64,000 nucleotides of DNA from Aquificaceae bacterium (GTDB lineage Bacteria > Aquificota > Aquificia > Aquificales > Aquificaceae). The notes beneath the pieces are model-generated. The model was not told where the DNA came from and did not search any database. It saw only the letters and a list, made by a program, of their open reading frames with translations. The stretch lies in the NCBI GenBank assembly GCA_037925075.1, contig JAXSNR010000002.1, forward strand, positions 576,001 through 640,000, read 5' to 3'. The position numbers and the translations under genes are program-made. Positions 1-9,264 of the stretch are shown piece after piece (the first letter of the stretch is position 1; each line of letters opens with the position of its first letter).

Positions 1-440
1 AAGAACCTTACATGCTTTCTGTCCATTAGAAGTATACCTATTCTCCCAAGCTCCTCATCAATGGTAGCTATTTCCCTTATAAGAGGGTCCTTATCTACCA
101 TAAGTCTGTTTTTGTAAGTATATGGAAGCTTTATGACCTCAAAAAGTTCATTGGCGGAAGAAGAAAAGAGGGCAATACCTCTACATCCCTTGAGGTTTTC
201 AGGTTCTGAGAGAAAGGCTTCCGTCCTCCTAAAGTCTTCTTCCACAGACTCAAGAACTTCCTTTTTCAATTCCCTTTCCTTTAGGTATTCCCTTTGAGCC
301 TTGACAAGGTCCTTAAAAATTCTCAGATACTTCCTATCTGTCCTTTCTTCCACCCCTAACCTCAGGTATAAGTTTGTAACCATGTATTCATTCGGCTTAA
401 AACTCAGAAGCTTTTCAATGGCCTCTTTGAGACTTTTCAT
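1..440 (-). CDS. Partial (N-terminal part only) archaeo-eukaryotic-type release factor family protein (baeRF/eRF1-like)
   Basis: Not in ORF track because it runs off the window. ATG at 440 with AAGGAGGT RBS. Reads MKSLKEAIEKLLSFKPNEYMVTNLYLRLG...GCRGIALFSSSANELFEVIKLPYTYKNRLMVDKDPLIREIATIDEELGRIGILLMDRKHVRF, resembling eRF1-like domain 1/2. Confidence 0.65.
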   Translation of the reverse strand, partial: MKSLKEAIEKLLSFKPNEYMVTNLYLRLGVEERTDRKYLRIFKDLVKAQREYLKERELKKEVLESVEEDFRRTEAFLSEPENLKGCRGIALFSSSANELFEVIKLPYTYKNRLMVDKDPLIREIATIDEELGRIGILLMDRKHVRF

Positions 441-458
441 CCAATACCTCCTTACTTA

Positions 459-1664
459 TTAATCCTTATATTTTATCAAAAGCTCTCTGGCATATCTATC
501 CTTGCTCTTATCATCCTCACCCCACAGCACACCAAGGATTTTCCATCTCTTTGTCTCCCCAAAGGTGAAGTATATCCTTCCACCCATAGGCTTTAGCTTA
601 AAAACATTTTTGTATCCCTTCATCACTTCAAACCTTTCATCGGTATCCTTTATATTAAGAAGCATGAGTTCTTTCAGAAACTCCCTCTTTGCGTTTATAT
701 CTAGTTCCAAAAACTCTTCTATTACCCTCTTCTCAAACTCTATGTTTTCAAAAAGCATAGAAAAGAGTTCTTCGTATATTTCCCTTTTGCTACTTACTTG
801 CTTGCCAAGGTTTTCCACCTCCACCTGAAGCCTTTCCCTTTCCCTTCTTTCCCTTTCAAACCGCTGAAGAAGGTACTCATACTTTTTGCTAATATCCATA
901 TTTTCCCTTGACAGCTCTTCCAAAAGCTCCTGCATGTGTATTAACTCTTTAGATAGCCTTTTTCTTTCCTGTCTTAGCCTTGCTAACTCTTCCTTGCCCC
1001 CCGTAGGTTTTGTATCTTGCATAGCTTCCAACATTTGAAAAAGCTCCCTGTTTATCCTTGTTAGCCCTTCTAATCTTTCCGCGTACTCTGTAATCCTTTT
1101 TTGACTCTCCTGTAGCTTTTGTGCCAAAACCTGCCTTTCGTGTTCAAGCTTCTCCTTCTTAACAAGTTCCTCCTCTTTAAGTTTTGAAAGCTTTCTCTCC
1201 ACCACCTCCTTTTCTTTGGAGAGCCTTGCAGTTAAGTCCCTCAGAAAACCTATCTGCTCAACGAGCCTATTCATCTCTTCATCGTTCCTGTTTAGCTCTT
1301 CTTCCAGCCTCTTTCTTTCTTCCTCCAGTCTTTTGGTCCTTCTTTCCACAGGAGATTCAAACAGCCAGATGAGAGACACAGTAAGCAGGAGGGAGGGAAG
1401 AAACTGTGTTATAAATTCATGGCCCCATCTTAAGATTGAAAGACCTATAATCTGAAAAAGATAAACATAGGCAAGCCATATAACCGTCTTTTCCCTGTAT
1501 CCAAAAAGCCATGCAAGGTATAGAGCGGAAACAAAGGAAGCCACTACAAGAATTCCCTCCAGCTGGAGCGGGAAAAAAGGAATGGGTAAGAGAATGGATA
1601 AGTAGTGCAGTATAAAATTATAAGACACCACTAGAAAGAACAGTTTCAGTGCTTCTCTTACCAT
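459..1664 (-). CDS. Membrane protein: about 4 TM helices, long coiled coil, C-terminal RelE/ParE-like domain
   Basis: Likely start MVREALK at 1664. Hydrophobic N-terminus, E/K/R/L heptad-rich middle, C-terminal IEFEKRVIEEF...VMKGYKNVFKLKPMGGRIYFTF pattern. Confidence 0.6.
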   Translation of the reverse strand: MVREALKLFFLVVSYNFILHYLSILLPIPFFPLQLEGILVVASFVSALYLAWLFGYREKTVIWLAYVYLFQIIGLSILRWGHEFITQFLPSLLLTVSLIWLFESPVERRTKRLEEERKRLEEELNRNDEEMNRLVEQIGFLRDLTARLSKEKEVVERKLSKLKEEELVKKEKLEHERQVLAQKLQESQKRITEYAERLEGLTRINRELFQMLEAMQDTKPTGGKEELARLRQERKRLSKELIHMQELLEELSRENMDISKKYEYLLQRFERERRERERLQVEVENLGKQVSSKREIYEELFSMLFENIEFEKRVIEEFLELDINAKREFLKELMLLNIKDTDERFEVMKGYKNVFKLKPMGGRIYFTFGETKRWKILGVLWGEDDKSKDRYARELLIKYKD

Positions 1665-1682
1665 GTGATTATAATATAGCCC
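1665..1682. promoter_or_regulatory. Bidirectional leaderless promoter (overlapping -10 hexamers)
   Basis: 18-bp gap between divergent ATGs with no SD. TATAAT-7nt-ATG on +, TATTAT-6nt-ATG on -. Confidence 0.6.
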
Positions 1683-2441
1683 ATGGAAGCCTTTGATAGA
1701 CTTTTGAAGATAATGGAGGAGCTTCGCTCCAAGTGTCCTTGGGACAGATCCCAAACGCATGAGAGCCTAAAGAAGTATCTTATAGAGGAAGCCTATGAGC
1801 TCCTTGATGCCATAGACTCAGGGGACGATGAAAGGCTCAAAGAAGAGCTTGGAGACCTTTTGCTTCAGGTGGTCTTTCACTCTCAGATAGCTAAGGAAAG
1901 GTCCGCCTTTGATATAGAGGAGGTTATAAAAGGGCTTAACAAAAAGCTCATAGAACGTCATCCTCATGTTTTTGGTTGTGAAAGCCCAGAGGATGTGCTT
2001 AAAAACTGGGAAGAAAGGAAGCTAAAGGAAAGAGATAGCGTCCTTGACGGTGTGCCAAGAAGCCTTCCCGCCCTTATGAGGTCTCACAAGCTCCAAGATA
2101 GGGCAAGCCTTGTGGGCTTTGACTTTGAAAGACCGGAGCAGGTTATAGAAAAGGTAATGGAAGAACTACAAGAGCTAAAGGAAGCCATGATTTCTGGAGA
2201 CAGAAAAGAGCTTGAGCATGAACTGGGAGACCTTCTCACCGCCGTTGTGGAGTTGGGAAGACTGCTAAAGCTTGACGCAGAGCTTTGCCTTCAAAAGGCA
2301 AACGACAGGTTTGAAAAGAGGTTTAGATACATGGAGAAAAGGGCAAAGGAGATGGGAAAAGACTTAAAAAAGATGAGCATTGAAGAGATGGAGGTTTTGT
2401 GGTCTGAGGCTAAAAGCTTTGATTACAGAGAAGAGATATAG
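1683..2441 (+). CDS. mazG: Nucleoside triphosphate pyrophosphohydrolase MazG
   Basis: CPWDRSQTHESL, EEAYE, EELGDLLLQVVFH, RHPHVFG; tandem MazG domains. Confidence 0.95.
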   Translation: MEAFDRLLKIMEELRSKCPWDRSQTHESLKKYLIEEAYELLDAIDSGDDERLKEELGDLLLQVVFHSQIAKERSAFDIEEVIKGLNKKLIERHPHVFGCESPEDVLKNWEERKLKERDSVLDGVPRSLPALMRSHKLQDRASLVGFDFERPEQVIEKVMEELQELKEAMISGDRKELEHELGDLLTAVVELGRLLKLDAELCLQKANDRFEKRFRYMEKRAKEMGKDLKKMSIEEMEVLWSEAKSFDYREEI

Positions 2442-3654
2442 CCCTTTTGCCAGTCCTTTCTTCAAAGTATCTCACGCCGGGGTTTCCAAGACTGCTGGCA
2501 CCAGCCAAAAGGTAAGCCTTCTTTCCCAAGACAATCTTATCCCGGTCTTTTTCTAAGAGCTTTCTTAGCCATTCTATGCTTATGCCTGTGTGGTCTTGCA
2601 AGGTGTCCGCAGGCAGGTGTAATATTTCTTCCGCCTCTTGAGAGCCTATAAGCAAAATAAGGGACTTATCTGGGCTTATTTCCGTCTGGAGGACCGCACA
2701 GGCTCTGTTTTTTAAGAGAAGCTCCTCGTACTCCTTTGGTACCAAAAATGCGGGACTACAAAGATTTTCGGGAAACTCCAAAGGCTCATCCCTGAGACCA
2801 TCCGTCAGCAAAACCCTTAACCCCCCCTTGTTGTAATATATGCACCTTCCCACCTTCTCCACAGGATCCGCCTTAAGAAGTCCCCTTATAGAAGAAGAGT
2901 ATGCCCTCACAAAGGAGGGCACTGTTTCACCCGCCACCTCCAACCTACCATGAAGTAGCTTCCAGTTTAGGAAGTTAAACTCCCACTCCTTGCAAGACAA
3001 ACCAAGCTCTTGTTCTGCAAAGAGCCTTGCCTCCTTTATAAAGCTCAGTTCTTCCTTGCTTCCGGGTCTTCTACCACCAAAGGACACCAAATCCCATTGC
3101 ACATCGCCCTTTTTCTGTTTGAAAAGCCCGTATATGCATCCGCAGTAATCCTGATGGTAAAGCTCAAGCTCCCTTGAAAGCCTAAACATCTCCTGAGTGC
3201 CACCACCTTTGCGATAGTCCAAAGCCAAAAACTCAACGCCAGATCCTTGGCATACCTTTTGCCCGCTTTCCTTTAGCATAGAAAACTCCTTTTTGGGACT
3301 CATAAGCAGGGTGGTAGTAAGGTGCGTAACACCCAGCCCTTTAGCAAACTCAAGGCTCCTTAGCAATCTGTAGTCAAAGCATATACCACACCTTTTGCCC
3401 CTTTCTGGCTCCTCCTCATATCCCTTTACCGCTGAAAGCCAGTTTTCCACGTCATACTCGCCCTCATGAAGCTCTATACCAAGCTCTTTGCATGCCCTTT
3501 TGGTTTCTAAGAGTCTTAGCCTGTACTCCTCATAGGGATGTATGTTAGGGTCGTAGAAAAAGCCTATCAGTTGGGCCTGAGGATAATCTTCCCTAAGTTT
3601 CTTTAAAAAATAAACCGCATCGGGGGCACAGCATATATGAACCACAACCTTCAT
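2410..3654 (-). CDS. queH: Epoxyqueuosine reductase QueH (DUF208), long form
   Basis: HICCAPD, YDPNIHP, RCGICFDYRL, TTTLLMSPKK, YHQDYCGC motifs, plus a C-terminal extension. Confidence 0.85.
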   Translation of the reverse strand: MKVVVHICCAPDAVYFLKKLREDYPQAQLIGFFYDPNIHPYEEYRLRLLETKRACKELGIELHEGEYDVENWLSAVKGYEEEPERGKRCGICFDYRLLRSLEFAKGLGVTHLTTTLLMSPKKEFSMLKESGQKVCQGSGVEFLALDYRKGGGTQEMFRLSRELELYHQDYCGCIYGLFKQKKGDVQWDLVSFGGRRPGSKEELSFIKEARLFAEQELGLSCKEWEFNFLNWKLLHGRLEVAGETVPSFVRAYSSSIRGLLKADPVEKVGRCIYYNKGGLRVLLTDGLRDEPLEFPENLCSPAFLVPKEYEELLLKNRACAVLQTEISPDKSLILLIGSQEAEEILHLPADTLQDHTGISIEWLRKLLEKDRDKIVLGKKAYLLAGASSLGNPGVRYFEERTGKRAISLLCNQSF

Positions 3655-4871
3655 CTTTTGCCCTTCACGTACTGCTCCCAGTTTTCCGGATTGAAAGGTG
3701 ATAGTTCTCTAAGAAGCTTCACCGTCTTGGGAAACTCTTCTAGCACATAATCTACATCCTCTTCCGTGTTATCCTTACCAAAGCTAAAAACTATGGAGCC
3801 GTTTGCCACCTCTTTTGGAACGCCTACCGCAAAAAGCACATGGGACTGTTTGAGAGCCAAAGAAACACAGGCGGAGCCAGAGGCGGTTTCTATACCCATA
3901 AGGTCAAGCCTTAGAAGCATGGCTTCACCCTCTATAAGATGTACTATTAGCGAAAGGTGATGAGGTAATCTCTGTATGGGATGCCCGGTAAACTCTATCA
4001 TATCAAGCTTCTCTTCAAGGCCCTTCCTAAGCTTGTCTCTGTAGAAGGAGAGTCTGTTCATTCTATCTGGTAGCTCCTTCATGGCAAGCTCACAGGCGGC
4101 ACCAAAGCCCACTATACCAGGCACGTTTTCCGTGCCAGCTCTCACACCCCTCTCTTGTGTCCCACCTTCTATAAGTGGCCTTATCTTTACACCCTTCCTT
4201 GTCCAAAGGGCTCCCACACCCTTTGGTCCGTACATGAGATGTGCGGTAAAAGACGCCGCATCCACTCCCCAGTCCTTGAGGTCCACGGGATAGTGTCCCA
4301 AGGTAGGGCATGCGTCCGTATGGAAAATAACCTTTGGATTTTTCTCCTTTACAGCCTTTACAAGCTCCTTGATATTTTGTATGGTTCCAATCTCTCTGTT
4401 GGAATGTCCTATGCTCACAAGGACTGTGTCCGGTCTTATGGCATCCGCCAACTGTTGGGGGTCTAAAAGCCCGTATTTATCCGGTTTTAGATAGGTCACC
4501 TCCAAACCCTTCTTTTCAAGACTTTTGAGAGGATGTAGTACTGAGTGATGCTCAATCTCCGTAGTAACTATGTGTTTTCCCTTCTTTTCGTAAGCTTCCG
4601 CAATACCTTTTATGGCAAGGTTGTTGGCTTCTATACCACCAGAGGTAAAGATAAACTCCTCGGGGCTGTTGGCGTTGGTAAGGCTTGCCAGTTTTTCTCT
4701 GGCTTCGTTTATGGCTTTTTTTGCAACCTGTCCAAAGCTATGAAGAGATGTGGGATTTCCAAAGTGTTCCCTAAAGTAAGGAAGCATAGCCTGAAGCACT
4801 TCCTCAGCCACGGGCGTTGTCGCTATATGGTCCAGATAAACTACCCTCTTACCTGCTTTCTTTACAAACAT
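3651..4871 (-). CDS. iscS: Cysteine desulfurase (NifS/IscS family)
   Basis: YLDHIATTP, GNPTSLH, TEIEHHSV, YGPKGVGAL, RAGTENV, SGSAC. The usual PLP-binding SxHK reads TAHL here. Confidence 0.85.
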   Translation of the reverse strand: MFVKKAGKRVVYLDHIATTPVAEEVLQAMLPYFREHFGNPTSLHSFGQVAKKAINEAREKLASLTNANSPEEFIFTSGGIEANNLAIKGIAEAYEKKGKHIVTTEIEHHSVLHPLKSLEKKGLEVTYLKPDKYGLLDPQQLADAIRPDTVLVSIGHSNREIGTIQNIKELVKAVKEKNPKVIFHTDACPTLGHYPVDLKDWGVDAASFTAHLMYGPKGVGALWTRKGVKIRPLIEGGTQERGVRAGTENVPGIVGFGAACELAMKELPDRMNRLSFYRDKLRKGLEEKLDMIEFTGHPIQRLPHHLSLIVHLIEGEAMLLRLDLMGIETASGSACVSLALKQSHVLFAVGVPKEVANGSIVFSFGKDNTEEDVDYVLEEFPKTVKLLRELSPFNPENWEQYVKGKR

Positions 4872-4874
4872 TTT

Positions 4875-5909
4875 TTACCTCCTTTCTGTTATGTCGCTTA
4901 TAAGCTTTGCTATACTCAAAAATGCCCTTGCGGTGTCTGAGTCTGGATGGCTTTCTACCACAGGCACTCCAAGGTCTGAGGTCTCAGATAGTTCCGGGTC
5001 AATGGGAATAGAGCCCAGTATCTTAAGACCGTAGGCGGTGGCAAACTCCGCCACTTTCCCCTTTCCAAAAATGTAATACTTCTTCCTGCTTTCTGGACAT
5101 ACAAAGTATGCCATGTTTTCTATAACACCCAAAACAGGTATTTCAACTTCTCTGAACATGGCAACCGCCTTTTTCACATCCGCCAAAGCCACATCCTGAG
5201 GGGTTGTAACCACCACCGCACCACCCATATGCACGTTCTGGGCAAGGGTTAGCTGGACATCTCCAGTGCCAGGAGGAAGGTCAAGCACAAGATAGTCAAG
5301 CTCCCCCCAATTTACGTCAAAGAGAAACTGGGTAAGAGCCTTCATGAGCATAGGACCACGCCATATGACAGGTGTATCCTCAGAAGGAAGCAAAAAGCCT
5401 ATGGACAAAAGCTTTATTCCATATTTCTCCAAAGGTATTATCCTATTGTTTTCATCCACGTGCACCCTCTGACCCTTTACACCCATTATGGTGGGTATGC
5501 TGGGTCCGTATATGTCTGCATCTAAAAGGCCAACCCTATATCCAAGCTTGGAAAGGGCTAGGGCAAGGTTTGCGGAGACGGTGGATTTACCCACACCACC
5601 CTTTCCACTACCAACCGCGATAAGATGCTTTATACCGGGCACTCTTCTTTTAGTAAAAGCTGGTGCACCCATAACTGGCTGGGCTGGAATATCCTCCACA
5701 AATCTAACTTTTACATCCTCCACATCCGCTACTTTCTCAAGAGCATTTCTTGTCTTTTCAACGATGTCCTCTTCAAGTCCCTTTTGAGGGAGTCTGTACA
5801 CTACCTCAAGGGTTCTTCCTATAAGCTTTATGTCCTTAACAAGCTCAGATAATCTTGAGTTATTAATCACTTCATCTCTGAGTGCATCCATAACATCCTT
5901 TATTGCCAT
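4875..5909 (-). CDS. mrp: Mrp/NBP35 (ApbC) Fe-S cluster carrier ATPase
   Basis: GSGKGGVGKST, DADIYGPS, VIWRGPM, DLPPGTGD, VTTPQDVA, ENM. Confidence 0.95.
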   Translation of the reverse strand: MAIKDVMDALRDEVINNSRLSELVKDIKLIGRTLEVVYRLPQKGLEEDIVEKTRNALEKVADVEDVKVRFVEDIPAQPVMGAPAFTKRRVPGIKHLIAVGSGKGGVGKSTVSANLALALSKLGYRVGLLDADIYGPSIPTIMGVKGQRVHVDENNRIIPLEKYGIKLLSIGFLLPSEDTPVIWRGPMLMKALTQFLFDVNWGELDYLVLDLPPGTGDVQLTLAQNVHMGGAVVVTTPQDVALADVKKAVAMFREVEIPVLGVIENMAYFVCPESRKKYYIFGKGKVAEFATAYGLKILGSIPIDPELSETSDLGVPVVESHPDSDTARAFLSIAKLISDITERR

Positions 5910-5987
5910 TTTCTCCTCCTAAACTTTTGGGTATAATATAATTCATAGTCTGAGCTTTGTTATGAGGATTATCAACAAGGAGAAAAG

Positions 5988-6830
5988 ATGAACTACTTAC
6001 CACACATAATCAACTATCTAAGTGCCCACGAAGACATAAGAGAGATATACCTCGTACCAAAGGCTTTTATAACAGAAAAGAGAGGTCAAAAGCTTATAAA
6101 GGTGTCTGACGCTCCTCTTACTCCCGAAGATGTGAGAGATACACTAATTGCCCTTAGAAGCCACACACCTCTTGCTTTGGGCCCCCTTGGGAAAGAGGGA
6201 ATGTTCTCCTTTGGGCTTCAGAACGTGGGCAGGTTCAGAGTAAAGTACATAACACAGAGGGGTAGCTATGTGGTCCACATTGTGAAAACGCCCTACCATA
6301 TACCACCTCTTGATAAAATTTGCCCAAACAAAAAGGATTCAGATAAACTGGAAGAGATAATAAGGCTCCACAACTCCGGCTTTCTTATCCTTCATGGGAA
6401 GAATCATCTTCTGGTGAACACGCTTATATACTCGCTTCTACAAAGGGTGTGCGATAACTACAACAAGGTTATCTTTATTCTGGAGTTGCCCATTACCTTC
6501 TTGCTAAGACATGGACACTCCCTTGTGGTTCAGGTGGAGGTGGGCGTAGATGTGGATACCTTTGAGGAAGGATTAAAGGATGCTATCTACATGAACCCCA
6601 ACATACTCTTTATGGGTTACAGAGACGCGGTGCCACCAAAGGAAATAATATACATGAACATGCTTGCTGAGAACACGCTTCTTATACTTAATATGCCTCA
6701 TGCTGATAAGACCCTTGTGGGAATCTCTAAGTCTCTTATCAGGGCTTGGGTGCACGTGGAAGATAATGCAGATGGAACCATATCTTTAAACTTTATAGAC
6801 ACAAAACCTCAGGCTTTGGAAAGCCGTTGA
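5988..6830 (+). CDS. PilT/PilU-like protein with degenerate ATPase motifs
   Basis: FSFGLQNVGRFRV N-domain and QVEVGVDVDTFEEGLKDA...PNILFMG match the PilT layout, but Walker A/B residues are lost. Confidence 0.7.
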   Translation: MNYLPHIINYLSAHEDIREIYLVPKAFITEKRGQKLIKVSDAPLTPEDVRDTLIALRSHTPLALGPLGKEGMFSFGLQNVGRFRVKYITQRGSYVVHIVKTPYHIPPLDKICPNKKDSDKLEEIIRLHNSGFLILHGKNHLLVNTLIYSLLQRVCDNYNKVIFILELPITFLLRHGHSLVVQVEVGVDVDTFEEGLKDAIYMNPNILFMGYRDAVPPKEIIYMNMLAENTLLILNMPHADKTLVGISKSLIRAWVHVEDNADGTISLNFIDTKPQALESR

Positions 6831-7965
6831 ATTCTGCCGCGTACACGGTGGTATAGGCACCAGCGGACAGTATATAAAGGTAATCACCCACCTCAGGCTC
6901 AGGCAAGGGCACCATGCGTGCCACCACATCCATACTATCGCAGGAAACACCGCCAATTGTCCACTCTTTTAGTTCTCCTTCCCTTTCAAGGTAGAAAGGA
7001 TACCTTATACCACCTAGAGCCTCCGCAAGCCCGTTAAAAACTCCAGTATCTATGTAAAGCCAGTTTTCCTCGCCCCTTTTTGCCTTACCTATAACTCTAC
7101 AAACCATTATGCCTTGGTCTCCCACTATGCCCCTGCCGGGTTCCATCTGAAGCTCATGGGGAAGAGAAGGCATAAACTTTTGCAGAAGACCCCTTACATA
7201 ATAGGCTATATCCTCTATTCTTAGGGCTTCGTACGTATACCTCACAGGCAGACCACCGCCTATGTTGAGCATCTGAAGCCTTAGGCCTCTAAGCTTAGCC
7301 TTTTGCCATAACTCGCTTACCTTTTTTATGCCTATAAGCCAGTTTCTAAAGTTGTTGCACTGAGAGCCCACATGAAAGGTAATTCCGTAGGGAACAAGGC
7401 CCTTGTCTTGTGCGTATTCCAGTAGGTCAAGGGCCATCTCCACATCCACACCAAACTTTTTAGAAAGGGGCCAGTCGCTTCCCTCGTTGGGAACCACGAG
7501 CCTTACATAAACCCTTGACCTTGGAGCCACCCTTGCTATCTTATCCACTTCCGCAAATGAGTCCACCACAAACCTGTTGATGCCCTTCTCATGGGCGTAC
7601 TCTACAAACTCAATAGGCTTTACCGGATTGCTGGATATAACCCTTTCTGGCTTTACTCCCAGTTCAAGCACCTTTCTTAGCTCTTCTGAAGAGGCCACCT
7701 CAAAGCCAGAGCCAAGCTCCGCAAGGGTTTTAAGGACCTCCACATGGTCGTTAGCTTTTACCGCATAATACACCTTAAACTGAGAAAAGTGATACTTGAC
7801 CTCTATGTACCTGCTTTTTATACCTTGAAGGTCCATCAGTAGCAAAGGAGTTTTTTCCGGCTTTAGGTATGGAAGGAGATGTTTCCTTTCCGATAGAAAT
7901 TCGGTAAAGTACTTACGGGCATTTTCGTACTGAAGAGATAGGGGGTCTATGCTCTCTTTTAACAT
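6793..7965 (-). CDS. Type III PLP-dependent ornithine/lysine decarboxylase
   Basis: YYAVKAND, FEVAS, SKKFG, FHVGSQ, LNIGGG, EPGR, SCDSMD, GAYTT. Confidence 0.92.
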   Translation of the reverse strand: MLKESIDPLSLQYENARKYFTEFLSERKHLLPYLKPEKTPLLLMDLQGIKSRYIEVKYHFSQFKVYYAVKANDHVEVLKTLAELGSGFEVASSEELRKVLELGVKPERVISSNPVKPIEFVEYAHEKGINRFVVDSFAEVDKIARVAPRSRVYVRLVVPNEGSDWPLSKKFGVDVEMALDLLEYAQDKGLVPYGITFHVGSQCNNFRNWLIGIKKVSELWQKAKLRGLRLQMLNIGGGLPVRYTYEALRIEDIAYYVRGLLQKFMPSLPHELQMEPGRGIVGDQGIMVCRVIGKAKRGEENWLYIDTGVFNGLAEALGGIRYPFYLEREGELKEWTIGGVSCDSMDVVARMVPLPEPEVGDYLYILSAGAYTTVYAAEFNGFPKPEVLCL

Positions 7966-7988
7966 AATGGCATATAATATATTCCAAA

Positions 7989-8062
7989 CGGCCCGTAGCT
8001 CAACTGGACAGAGCGTGGGACTACGGATCCCAAGGTTGCGGGTTCGACTCCCGCCGGGCTGG
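7989..8062 (+). tRNA. tRNA-Arg (ACG), CCA not encoded
   Basis: Acceptor stem CGGCCCG/CGGGCTG, D-arm AGCTCAACTGGACAGAGC, anticodon arm TGGGA-CTACGGA-TCCCA, T-loop GGTTCGACTCC. Confidence 0.96.
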
Positions 8063-8068
8063 TTTTCA

Positions 8069-8097
8069 TTGACTTTTCACAAAAAGCTCATTAAAAT
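8069..8097 (+). promoter_or_regulatory. Sigma70-type promoter of the PCuAC gene
   Basis: TTGACT-17nt-TAAAAT. Confidence 0.65.
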
Positions 8098-8127
8098 TAT
8101 CTTTAAATTCTCACAGGAGGTAAAGCC

Positions 8128-8562
8128 ATGAGAAAGGCGCTTTTGGGAAGCATACTTTTGGCAGGTCTAAGTCTTGCCCAACCAAAGATTGAGGTAAGGG
8201 ACGCTTGGGTAAGGGAAGTACCACCCACTTCCAAAATGTCCGCCGCCTATATGGTGATTGAGAACAAGGGAAACCAACCCGACAAGCTTGTGGGTGCATC
8301 CAATAACGCCTCTGAGATAACGGAATTGCACGAAACCGTCGGAGGTAAGATGAGAAGAGTTAAGGACATAGAAATACCCGCCAACGGAAAGGCTGAATTG
8401 AAGCCCGGTGGTCTTCACATAATGCTTATAAACCTTAAAAAACCTCTGAAAGAGGGAGATACGGTTGAACTTACCTTAAAGTTTGAAAAATCTGGAGAAA
8501 TAAAAGTTCAGGCACCTGTAAAGAAGGGTATGGGCGGACACATGCACAGGCATGGATACTGA
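8128..8562 (+). CDS. Periplasmic copper chaperone PCu(A)C
   Basis: Signal peptide; DAWVRE, SAAYMVI, ELHE...M, LKPGGLHIML; His/Met-rich tail. Confidence 0.92.
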   Translation: MRKALLGSILLAGLSLAQPKIEVRDAWVREVPPTSKMSAAYMVIENKGNQPDKLVGASNNASEITELHETVGGKMRRVKDIEIPANGKAELKPGGLHIMLINLKKPLKEGDTVELTLKFEKSGEIKVQAPVKKGMGGHMHRHGY

Positions 8563-8628
8563 GCTTTCTCATAACAGGTAAGTTCTGAGAAGAGTTATAA
8601 TTTGTTAAAAAATTTAAGGAGGTAAACC

Positions 8629-9264
8629 ATGCCTATGCATAAGTTAGAGCCAAAAAACCACCTTAAGCCCTCAAACCTTAACGGCATTTCCAACGAGCAG
8701 ATAGAACCTCACTTTGAAGCCCACTACAAGGGCTATGTGGTAAAATACAACGAGATTCAAGAAAAGCTTGCGGACCTGAACTTCTCAGACAGAAGCAAGG
8801 CAAACCAGAACTATTCAGAGTTTAGAGAGCTTAAAGTGGAAGAGACATTCAACTATATGGGTGTGGTCCTTCATGAGCTATACTTTGGCCATCTTGGGCC
8901 TAAGGGACAACCCTCAGAGGCCTTTAAAAAGAAGGTAGAAGATGACTTTGGCTCATGGGATGCCTGTGTTCAAGAGATAAAGGCTGCAGGTATAGCCTTT
9001 AGAGGATGGGCTATATTGGGTCTTGACATCTTTTCCGGCAGGCTTGTGGTAAACGGTCTTGACGCCCATAATGTGTACAACTACACGGGGCTTATACCAC
9101 TAATAGTCCTTGATACCTACGAACATGCCTATTACGTGGACCAAAAAAACAAAAGACCTCCCTACATTGACGCTTTTCTTCAAAATCTCAACTGGGAAGT
9201 TATAAACGAAAGGTTTGAAAAGGCTATGAAAGCCTACGAAGCCCTTAAGGATTTTGTGAAATAA
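8629..9264 (+). CDS. sod: Fe/Mn superoxide dismutase
   Basis: HFEAHYKGYV, LHELYF, LDTYEHAYY metal ligands. Confidence 0.95.
   Translation: MPMHKLEPKNHLKPSNLNGISNEQIEPHFEAHYKGYVVKYNEIQEKLADLNFSDRSKANQNYSEFRELKVEETFNYMGVVLHELYFGHLGPKGQPSEAFKKKVEDDFGSWDACVQEIKAAGIAFRGWAILGLDIFSGRLVVNGLDAHNVYNYTGLIPLIVLDTYEHAYYVDQKNKRPPYIDAFLQNLNWEVINERFEKAMKAYEALKDFVK

Noticed and set aside
7989..8130. tRNA-Arg as an integration site
   Set aside because: No integrase, no duplicated tRNA 3' end seen, and the flanks are housekeeping genes.
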